64,000 bases of DNA from Auanema rhodensis. Lineage: Eukaryota > Animalia > Nematoda. The position numbers were made by a program, and so were the translations under genes. The notes beneath the pieces were generated by a model. The model made no database searches. It saw nothing but the letters and a program-made list of their open reading frames with translations, and was not told where the DNA came from. The number at the start of each line of letters is the position of its first letter. The first letter of the stretch is position 1. Shown piece after piece: positions 1-10,528 of the stretch. The stretch spans positions 17,918,001-17,982,000 of the forward strand of contig OZ059897.1 of NCBI GenBank assembly GCA_964057225.1. Reading direction: 5' to 3'.

Positions 1-121
1 TTTCGAAAAATTTCAAAATAGTTTAGCAAAAAGTAGATGTTTTTAGATTCCATTTTTCAAGGCAAAGACGATGGACAATGTTATTCAACGAAAAAATTAA
101 TTCTTCAGGGTGAAAATCGAG

Positions 122-143
122 GATATAAGTGTGAACTTATATC
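122..143. other. Perfect 9-bp inverted repeat with 4-nt loop (in most monomers; arm variants in a minority)
   Basis: GATATAAGT (122-130) - GTGA - ACTTATATC (135-143); the arms are exact reverse complements. Confidence 0.9.
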
Positions 144-153
144 AGTTGATATC

Positions 154-220
154 TCGGTGCATTTTTAAGCTAGCGCAAATCTGATAACACAGATCGACGC
201 AGCTTAAAAATCCGCATCGA
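154..220. other. Long imperfect inverted repeat / potential 67-nt hairpin (per monomer)
   Basis: TCGGTGC 154-160 pairs with GCATCGA 214-220 (one G.T). CC bulge at 212-213. ATTTTTAAGCT 161-171 pairs perfectly with AGCTTAAAAAT 201-211. GCG 173-175 pairs with CGC 198-200. ATCTG 179-183 pairs with CAGAT 190-194, closing a 6-nt loop. Confidence 0.88.
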
Positions 221-294
221 ATGCACTATACTACATCGAGAAACGCTTAATACAAAAATTAGTTATAATCGTTTGAAAAATGATGCATTAGTGT

Positions 295-322
295 ATGTTG
301 AGTTTCCATGTACACTCAACAT
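295..322. other. Perfect 9-bp inverted repeat with 10-nt loop (per monomer)
   Basis: ATGTTGAGT (295-303) - TTCCATGTAC - ACTCAACAT (314-322). Confidence 0.9.
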
Positions 323-335
323 TGCTTCCAAAAAC

Positions 336-370
336 ATTTTGACAAAAATTTTTTCGAAAAATTTCAAAAT
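336..370. other. A/T-tract dyad spanning the monomer junction
   Basis: 12-bp palindrome TTTTTCGAAAAA (350-361), flanked by ATTTTGA (336-342) and its reverse complement TCAAAAT (364-370). Confidence 0.8.
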
Positions 371-3300
371 AATTTAGCAAAAAGTAGATGTTTTTAGATT
401 CCATTTTTCAAGGCAAAGACGATGGACAATGTTATTCAACGAAAAAATTAATTCTTCAGGGTGAAAATCGAGGATATATGTGTGAACTTATATCAGTTGA
501 TATCTCGGTGCATTTTTAAGCTAGCGCAAATCTGATAACACAGATCGACGCAGCTTAAAAATCCGCATCGAATGCACTATACTACATTGAGAAACGCTTA
601 ATACAAAAATTAGTTATAATCGTTTGAAAAATGATGCATTAGTGTATGTTGAGTTTCCATGTACACTCAACATTGCTTCCAAAAACATTTTGACAAAAAT
701 TTTTTCGAAAAATTTCAAAATAGTTTAGCAAAAAGTAGATGTTTTTAGATTCCATTTTTAAAGGCAAAGACGATGGACAATGTTATTCAACGAAAAAATT
801 AATTCTTCAGGGTGAAAATCGAGGATATAAGTGTGAACTTATATCAGTTGATATCTCGGTGCATTTTTAAGCTAGCGCAAATCTGATAACAAAGATCGAC
901 GCAGCTTAAAAATCCGCATCGAATGCACTATACTACATTGAGAAACGCTTGATACAAAAATTAGTTATGATCGTTTGAAAAATGATGCATTAGTGTATGT
1001 TGAGTTTCCATGTACACTCAACATTGCTTCCAAAAACATTTTGACAAAAATTTTTTCGAAAAATTTCAAAATAATTTAGCAAAAAGTAGATGTTTTTAGA
1101 TTCCATTTTTCAAGGCAAAGACGATGGACAATGTTATTCAACGAAAAAATTAATTCTTCAGGGTGAAAATCGAGGATATAAGTGTGAACTTATATCAGTT
1201 GATATCTCGGTGCATTTTTAAGCTAGCGCAAATCTGATAACAAAGATCGACGCAGCTTAAAAATCCGCATCGAATGCACTATACTACATTGAGAAACGCT
1301 TGATACAAAAATTAGTTATGATCGTTTGAAAAATGATGCATTAGTGTATGTTGAGTTTCCATGTACACTCAACATTGCTTCCAAAAACATTTTGACAAAA
1401 ATTTTTTCGAAAAATTTCAAAATAATTTAGCAAAAAGTAGATGTTTTTAGATTCCATTTTTCAAGGCAAAGACGATGGACAATGTTATTCAACGAAAAAA
1501 TTAATTCTTCAGGGTGAAAATTGAGGATATAAGTGTGAACTTATATCAGTTGATATCTCGGTGCATTTTTAAGCTAGCGCAAATCTGATAACACAGACCG
1601 ACGCAGCTTAAAAATCCGCATCGAATGCACTATACTACATTGAGAAACACTTAATACAAAAATTAGTTATGATCGTTTGAAAAATGATGGATTAGTGTAT
1701 GTTGAGTTTCCATGTACACTCAACATTGCTTCCAAAAACATTTTGACAAAAATTTTTTCGAAAAATTTCAAAATAATTTAGCAAAAAGTAGATGTTTTTA
1801 GATTTCATTTTCCAAGGCGAAGACGATGGACAATGTTATTCAACGAAAAAATTAATTCTTCAGGGTGAAAATCGAGGATATAAGTGTGAACTTATATCAG
1901 TTGATATCTCGGTGCATTTTTAAGCTAGCGCAAATCTGATAACACAGATCGACGCAGCTTAAAAATCCGCATCGAATGCACTATACTACATTGAGAAACG
2001 CTTAATACAAAAATTAGTTATAGTCGTTTGAAAAATGATGCATTAGTGTATGTTGAGTTTCCATGTACACTCAACATTGCTTCCAAAAACATTTTGACAA
2101 AAATTTTTTCGAAAAATTTCAAAATAATTTAGCAAAAAGTAGATGTTTTTAGATTTCATTTTCCAAGGCAAAGACGATGGACAATGTTATTCAACGAAAA
2201 AATTAATTCTTCAGGGTGAAAATCGAGGATATAAGTGTGAACTTATATCAGTTGATATCTCGGTGCATTTTTAAGCTAGCGCAAATCTGATAACACAGAT
2301 CGACGCAGCTTAAAAATCCGCATCGAATGCACTATACTACATTGAGAAACGCTTAATACCAAAATTAGTTATAGTCGTTTGAAAAATGATGCATTAGTGT
2401 ATGTTGAGTTTCCATGTACACTCAACATTGCTTCCAAAAACATTTTGACAAAAATTTTTTCGAAAAATTTCAAAATAATTTAGCAAAAAGTAGATGTTTT
2501 TAGATCCCATTTTTCAAGGCAAAGACGATGGACAATGTTATTCAACGAAAAAGTAATTCTTCAGGGTGAAAATCGAGGATATAAGTGTGAACTTATATCA
2601 GTTGATATCTCGGTGCATTTTTAAGCTAGCGCAAATCTGATAACACAGATCGACGCAGCTTAAAAATCCGCATCGAATGCACTATACTACATTGAGAAAC
2701 GCTTAATACAAAAATTAGTTATAATCGTTTGAAAAATGATGCATTAGTGTATGTTGAGTTTCCATGTACACTCAACATTGCTTCCAAAAACATTTTGACA
2801 AAAATTTTTTCGAAAAATTTCAAAATAGTTTAGCAAAAAGTAGATGTTTTTAGATTCCATTTTTCAAGGCAAAGACGATGGACAATGTTATTCAACGAAA
2901 AAATTAATTCTTCAGGGTGAAAATCGAGGATATAAGTGTGAACTTATATCAGTTGATATCTCGGTGCATTTTTAAGCTAGCGCAAATCTGATAACACAGA
3001 TCGACGCAGCTTAAAAATCCGCATCGAATGCACTATACTACATCGAGAAACGCTTAATACAAAAATTAGTTATAATCGTTTGAAAAATGATGCATTAGTG
3101 TATGTTGAGTTTCCATGTACACTCAACATTGCTTCCAAAAACATTTTGACAAAAATTTTTTCGAAAAATTTCAAAATAATTTAGCAAAAAGTAGATGTTT
3201 TTAGATTCCATTTTTCAAGGCTAAGACGATGGACAATGTTATTCAACGAAAAAATTAATTCTTCAGGGTGAAAATCGAGGATATATGTGTGAACTTATAT

Positions 3301-6300
3301 CAGTTGATATCTCGGTGCATTTTTAAGCTAGCGCAAATCTGATAACACAGATCGACGCAGCTTAAAAATCCGCATCGAATGCACTATACTACATTGAGAA
3401 ACGCTTAATACAAAAATTAGTTATAATCGTTTGAAAAATGATGCATTAGTGTATGTTGAGTTTCCATGTACACTCAACATTGCTTCCAAAAACATTTTGA
3501 CAAAAATTTTTTCGAAAAATTTCAAAATAGTTTAGCAAAAAGTAGATGTTTTTAGATTCCATTTTTAAAGGCAAAGACGATGGACAATGTTATTCAACGA
3601 AAAAATTAATTCTTCAGGGTGAAAATCGAGGATATAAGTGTGAACTTATATCAGTTGATATCTCGGTGCATTTTTAAGCTAGCGCAAATCTGATAACAAA
3701 GATCGACGCAGCTTAAAAATCCGCATCGAATGCACTATACTACATTGAGAAACGCTTGATACAAAAATTAGTTATGATCGTTTGAAAAATGATGCATTAG
3801 TGTATGTTGAGTTTCCATGTACACTCAACATTGCTTCCAAAAACATTTTGACAAAAATTTTTTCGAAAAATTTCAAAATAATTTAGCAAAAAGTAGATGT
3901 TTTTAGATTCCATTTTTCAAGGCAAAGACGATGGACAATGTTATTCAACGAAAAAATTAATTCTTCAGGGTGAAAATTGAGGATATAAGTGTGAACTTAT
4001 ATCAGTTGATATCTCGGTGCATTTTTAAGCTAGCGCAAATCTGATAACACAGACCGACGCAGCTTAAAAATCCGCATCGAATGCACTATACTACATTGAG
4101 AAACACTTAATACAAAAATTAGTTATGATCGTTTGAAAAATGATGGATTAGTGTATGTTGAGTTTCCATGTACACTCAACATTGCTTCCAAAAACATTTT
4201 GACAAAAATTTTTTCGAAAAATTTCAAAATAATTTAGCAAAAAGTAGATGTTTTTAGATTTCATTTTCCAAGGCGAAGACGATGGACAATGTTATTCAAC
4301 GAAAAAATTAATTCTTCAGGGTGAAAATCGAGGATATAAGTGTGAACTTATATCAGTTGATATCTCGGTGCATTTTTAAGCTAGCGCAAATCTGATAACA
4401 CAGATCGACGCAGCTTAAAAATCCGCATCGAATGCACTATACTACATTGAGAAACGCTTAATACAAAAATTAGTTATAGTCGTTTGAAAAATGATGCATT
4501 AGTGTATGTTGAGTTTCCATGTACACTCAACATTGCTTCCAAAAACATTTTGACAAAAATTTTTTCGAAAAATTTCAAAATAATTTAGCAAAAAGTAGAT
4601 GTTTTTAGATCCCATTTTTCAAGGCAAAGACGATGGACAATGTTATTCAACGAAAAAGTAATTCTTCAGGGTGAAAATCGAGGATATAAGTGTGAACTTA
4701 TATCAGTTGATATCTCGGTGCATTTTTAAGCTAGCGCAAATCTGATAACACAGATCGACGCAGCTTAAAAATCCGCATCGAATGCACTATACTACATTGA
4801 GAAACGCTTAATACAAAAATTAGTTATAATCGTTTGAAAAATGATGCATTAGTGTATGTTGAGTTTCCATGTACACTCAACATTGCTTCCAAAAACATTT
4901 TGACAAAAATTTTTTCTAAAAATTTCAAAATAGTTTAGCAAAAAGTAGATGTTTTTAGATTCCATTTTTCAAGGCAAAGACGATGGACAATGTTATTCAA
5001 CGAAAAAATTAATTCTTCAGGGTGAAAATCGAGGATATAAGTGTGAACTTATATCAGTTGATATCTCGGTGCATTTTTAAGCTAGCGCAAATCTGATAAC
5101 ACAGATCGACGCAGCTTAAAAATCCGCATCGAATGCACTATACTACATCGAGAAACGCTTAATACAAAAATTAGTTATAATCGTTTGAAAAATGATGCAT
5201 TAGTGTATGTTGAGTTTCCATGTACACTCAACATTGCTTCCAAAAACATTTTGACAAAAATTTTTTCGAAAAATTTCAAAATAATTTAGCAAAAAGTAGA
5301 TGTTTTTAGATTTCATTTTCCAAGGCAAAGACGATGGACAATGTTATTCAACGAAAAAATTAATTCTTCAGGGTGAAAATCGAGGATATAAGTGTGAACT
5401 TATATCAGTTGATATCTCGGTGCATTTTTAAGCTAGCGCAAATCTGATAACACAGATCGACGCAGCTTAAAAATCCGCATCGAATGCACTATACTACATC
5501 GAGAAACGCTTAATACAAAAATTAGTTATAATCGTTTGAAAAATGATGCATTAGTGTATGTTGAGTTTCCATGTACACTCAACATTGCTTCCAAAAACAT
5601 TTTGACAAAAATTTTTTCGAAAAATTTCAAAATAATTTAGCAAAAAGTAGATGTTTTTAGATTCCATTTTTCAAGGCAAAGACGATGGACAATGTTATTC
5701 AACGAAAAAAGTAATTCTTCAGGGTGAAAATCGAGGATATAAGTGTGAACTTATGTCAGTTGATATCTCGGTGCATTGTTAAGCTAGCGCAAATCTGATA
5801 ACACAGATCGACGCAGCTTAAAAATCCGCATAGAATGCACTATACTACATTGAGAAACGCTTAATACAAAAATTAGTTATGATCGTTTGAAAAATGATGC
5901 ATTAGTGTATGTTGAGTTTCCATGTACACTCAACATTGCTTCCAAAAACATTTTGACAAAAATTTTTTCGAAAAATTTCAAAATAATTTAGCAAAAAGTA
6001 GATGTTTTTAGATTCCATTTTTCAAGGCAAAGACGATGGACAATGTTATTCAACGAAAAAATTAATTCTTCAGGGTGAAAATCGAGGATATAAGTGTTAA
6101 CTTATATCAGTTGATATCTCGGTGCATTTTTAAGCTAGCGCAAATCTGATAACACAGATCGACGCAGCTTAAAAATCTGCATCGAATGCACTATACTACA
6201 TTGAGAAACACTTGATACAAAAATTAGTTATGATCGTTTGAAAAATGATGCATTAGTGTATGTTGAGTTTCCATGTACACTCAACATTGCTTCCAAAAAC

Positions 6301-9300
6301 ATTTTGACAAAAATTTTTTCGAAAAATTTCAAAATAATTTAGCAAAAAGTAGATGTTTTTAGATTCCATTTTTCAAGGCAAAGACGATGGACAATGTTAT
6401 TCAACGAAAAAATTAATTCTTCAGGGTGAAAATCGAGGATATAAGTGTGAACTTATATCAGTTGATATCTCGGTGCATTTTTAAGCTAGCGCAAATCTGA
6501 TAACACAGATCGACGCAGCTTAAAAATCCGCATCGAATGCACTATACTACATTGAGAAACGCTTAATACAAAAATTAGTTATAATCGTTTGAAAAATGAT
6601 GCATTAGTGTATGTTGAGTTTCCATGTACACTCAACATTGCTTCCAAAAACATTTTGACAAAAATTTTTTCGAAAAATTTCAAAATAATTTAGCAAAAAG
6701 TAGATGTTTTTAGATTTCATTTTCCAAGGCAAAGACGATGGACAATGTTATTCAACGAAAAAATTAATTCTTCAGGGTGAAAATCGAGGATATAAGTGTG
6801 AACTTATATCAGTTGATATCTCGGTGCATTTTTAAGCTAGCGCAAATCTGATAACACAGATCGACGCAGCTTAAAAATCCGCATCGAATGCACTATACTA
6901 CATCGAGAAACGCTTAATACAAAAATTAGTTATAATCGTTTGAAAAATGATGCATTAGTGTATGTTGAGTTTCCATGTACACTCAACATTGCTTCCAAAA
7001 ACATTTTGACAAAAATTTTTTCGAAAAATTTCAAAATAATTTAGCAAAAAGTAGATGTTTTTAGATTCCATTTTTCAAGGCAAAGACGATGGACAATGTT
7101 ATTCAACGAAAAAATTAATTCTTCAGGGTGAAAATCGAGGATATAAGTGTGAACTTATATCAGTTGATATCTCGGTGCATTTTTAAGCTAGCGCAAATCT
7201 GATAACACAGATCGACGCAGCTTAAAAATCCGCATCGAATGCACTATACTACATTGAGAAACGCTTAATACAAAAATTAGTTATAATCGTTTGAAAAATG
7301 ATGCATTAGTGTATGTTGAGTTTCCATGTACACTCAACATTGCTTCCAAAAACATTTTGACAAAAATTTTTTCGAAAAATTTCAAAATAGTTTAGCAGAA
7401 AGTAGATGTTTTTAGATTCCATTTTTCAAGGCAAAGACGATGGACAATGTTATTCAACGAAAAAATTAATTCTTCAGGGTGAAAATCGAGGATATAAGTG
7501 TGAACTTATATCAGTTGATATCTCGGTGCATTTTTAAGCTAGCGCAAATCTGATAACACAGATCGACGCAGCTTAAAAATCCGCATCGAATGCACTATAC
7601 TACATCGAGAAACGCTTAATACAAAAATTAGTTATAATCGTTTGAAAAATGATGCATTAGTGTATGTTGAGTTTCCATGTACACTCAACATTGCTTCCAA
7701 AAACATTTTGACAAAAATTTTTTCGAAAAATTTCAAAATAATTTAGCAAAAAGTAGATGTTTTTAGATTCCATTTTTCAAGGCAAAGACGATGGACAATG
7801 TTATTCAACAAAAAAATCAATTCTTCAGGGTGAAAATCGAGGATATAAGTGTGAACTTGTATCAGTTGATATCTCGGTGCATTTTTAAGCTAGCGCAAAT
7901 CTGATAACACAGATCGACGCAGCTTAAAAATCCGCATCGAATGCACTATACTACATTGAGAAACGCTTAATACAAAAATTAGTTATAATCGTTTGAAAAA
8001 TGATGCATTAGTGTATGTTGAGTTTCCATGTACACTCAACATTGCTTCCAAAAACATTTTGACAAAAATTTTTTCGAAAAATTTCAAAATAATTTAGCAA
8101 AAAGTAGATGTTTTTAGATTCCATTTTTCAAGGCAAAGACGATGGACAATGTTATTCAACAAAAAAATTAATTCTTCAGGGTGAAAATCGAGGATATAAG
8201 TGTGAACTTATATCAGTTGATATCTCGGTGCATTTTTAAGCTAGCGCAAATCTGATAACACAGATCGACGCAGCTTAAAAATCCGCATCGAATGCACTAT
8301 ACTACATCGAGAAACGCTTAATACAAAAATTAGTTATAATCGTTTGAAAAATGATGCATTAGTGTATGTTGAGTTTCCATGTACACTCAACATTGCTTCC
8401 AAAAACATTTTGACAAAAATTTTTTCGAAAAATTTCAAAATAATTTAGCAAAAAGTAGATGTTTTTAGATTCCATTTTTCAAGGCAAAGACGATGGACAA
8501 TGTTATTCAACAAAAAAATCAATTCTTCAGGGTGAAAATCGAGGATATAAGTGTGAACTTGTATCAGTTGATATCTCGGTGCATTTTTAAGCTAGCGCAA
8601 ATCTGATAACACAGATCGACGCAGCTTAAAAATCCGCATCGAATGCACTATACTACATTGAGAAACGCTTAATACAAAAATTAGTTATAATCGTTTGAAA
8701 AATGATGCATTAGTGTATGTTGAGTTTCCATGTACACTCAACATTGCTTCCAAAAACATTTTGACAAAAATTTTTTCGAAAAATTTCAAAATAATTTAGC
8801 AAAAAGTAGATGTTTTTAGATTTCATTTTTCAAGGCAAAGACGATGGACAATGTTATTCAACGAAAAAAATAATTCTTCAGGGTGAAAATCGAGGATATA
8901 AGTGTGAACTTATATCAGTTGATATCTCGGTGCATTTTTAAGCTAGCGCAAATCTGATAACACAGATCGACGCAGCTTAAAAATCCGCATCGAATGCACT
9001 ATACTACATCGAGAAACGCTTAATACAAAAATTAGTTATAATCGTTTGAAAAATGATGCATTAGTGTATGTTGAGTTTCCATGTACACTCAACATTGCTT
9101 CCAAAAACATTTTGACAAAAATTTTTTCGAAAAATTTCAAAATAATTTAGCAAAAAGTAAATGTTTTTAGATTCCATTTTTCAAGGCAAAGACGATGGAC
9201 AATGTTATTCAACGAAAAAATTAATTCTTCAGGGTGAAAATCGAGGATATAAGTGTGAACTTATATCAGTTGATATCTCGGTGCATTTTTAAGCTAGCGC

Positions 9301-10528
9301 AAATCTGATAACACAGATCGACGCAGCTTAAAAATCCGCATCGAATGCACTATACTACATCGAGAAACGCTTAATACAAAAATTAGTTATAATCGTTTGA
9401 AAAATGATGCATTAGTGTATGTTGAGTTTCCATGTACACTCAACATTGCTTCCAAAAACATTTTGACAAAAATTTTTTCGAAAAATTTCAAAATAATTTA
9501 GCAAAAAGTAGATGTTTTTAGATTCCATTTTTCAAGGCAAAGACGATGGACAATGTTATTCAACGAAAAAATTAATTCTTCAGGGTGAAAATCGAGGATA
9601 TATGTGTGAACTTATATCAGTTGATATCTCGGTGCATTTTTAAGCTAGCGCAAATCTGATAACACAGATCGACGCAGCTTAAAAATATGCATCGAATGCA
9701 CTATACTACATTGAGAAACGCTTAATACAAAAATTAGTTATAATCGTTTGAAAAATGATGCATTAGTGTATGTTGAGTTTCCATGTACACTCAACATTGC
9801 TTCCAAAAACATTTTGACAAAAATTTTTTCGAAAAATTTCAAAATAGTTTAGCAAAAAGTAGATGTTTTTAGATTCCATTTTTAAAGGCAAAGACGATGG
9901 ACAATGTTATTCAACGAAAAAATTAATTCTTCAGGGTGAAAATCGAGGATATAAGTGTGAACTTATATCAGTTGATATCTCGGTGCATTTTTAAGCTAGC
10001 GCAAATCTGATAACAAAGATCGACGCAGCTTAAAAATCCGCATCGAATGCACTATACTACATTGAGAAACGCTTGATACAAAAATTAGTTATGATCGTTT
10101 GAAAAATGATGCATTAGTGTATGTTGAGTTTCCATGTACACTCAACATTGCTTCCAAAAACATTTTGACAAAAATTTTTTCGAAAAATTTCAAAATAATT
10201 TAGCAAAAAGTAGATGTTTTTAGATTCCATTTTTCAAGGCAAAGACGATGGACAATGTTATTCAACGAAAAAATTAATTCTTCAGGGTGAAAATTGAGGA
10301 TATAAGTGTGAACTTATATCAGTTGATATCTCGGTGCATTTTTAAGCTAGCGCAAATCTGATAACACAGACCGACGCAGCTTAAAAATCCGCATCGAATT
10401 CACTATACTACATTGAGAAACACTTAATACAAAAATTAGTTATGATCGTTTGAAAAATGATGGATTAGTGTATGTTGAGTTTCCATGTACACTCAACATT
10501 GCTTCCAAAAACATTTTGACAAAAATTT

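Larger units (their letters stand above)
1..351. repeat. Representative 351-bp monomer (phase arbitrary)
   Basis: Positions 1-351 are repeated at 352-702 with three substitutions (offsets 21, 128, 237). About 32% GC by hand count. Confidence 0.99.
1..5263. repeat. 6-mer higher-order repeat (first copy expanded to 8 monomers)
   Basis: Variant order A(21G,237C) B(128T) C(21G,58A,190A,249G,267G) D(118T,194C,245A,267G,286G) E(50T,57C,64G,268G) F(49C + 1-bp deletion) occurs at 1-2807 (with extra C-like and E-like copies) and again at 2808-4912, followed by A at 4913. Confidence 0.85.

Noticed and set aside
1-17. CENP-B box
   Set aside because: TTCG....A matches, but the required CGGG is TCAA (5 of 9 essential bases).
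50-120. Hammerhead ribozyme as in newt, cricket or schistosome satellites: the minus strand has CUGAAGA (102-108; the 104G variant gives CUGACGA, changing only the free N position) and a downstream GAAA
   Set aside because: I could not build stem II between CUGANGA and any nearby GAAA, and the only stem III/UH option leaves 4 nt for stem I. The + strand CTGATAA (181-187) lacks the conserved G. An Infernal search with Rfam hammerhead models on a monomer dimer would settle it.
116-239. DRE/BEAF-32 sites suggested by the repeated ATCGA
   Set aside because: Neither TATCGATA nor CGATA/TATCG is present.
241-274. Compensatory covariation of 249G and 267G in a weak AAACG...CGTTT hairpin
   Set aside because: Both are A>G changes and cannot restore a pair. 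Their co-occurrence is simple linkage, and they separate in several monomers (e.g. 1405, 22463).
264-344. Bacterial sigma70 promoter (exact TATAAT at 264-269 and TTGACA at 339-344)
   Set aside because: Wrong order and spacing: 17 bp after TTGACA lies TTTCAA, and no -35 sits 17 bp before TATAAT. Such hexamers are expected by chance in 68% AT DNA, and there is no downstream gene.
1-351. Repeat-protein ORF running through monomers (351 is divisible by 3)
   Set aside because: All six frames are closed in the first 90 bp: + strand stops at 19-21, 24-26 and 44-46; - strand stops at 13-15, 23-25 and 81-83. The ATG at 71 gives only MDNVIQRKN*.
1-351. Tandem RNA gene cluster (5S rRNA, tRNA, snRNA, SL RNA) or C/D snoRNA
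   Set aside because: No recognisable 5S, tRNA or snRNA sequence, cloverleaf or Pol III A/B boxes. ATGATGC (280-286) is an imperfect C box with no suitably placed D box or terminal stem.
1-351. Identity with the Drosophila 1.688 (359/353-bp) satellite, or an internal ~175-bp dimer structure
   Set aside because: Only the length class and generic A/T tracts are shared. I recognise no extended similarity, and the two halves of the monomer do not align by eye.
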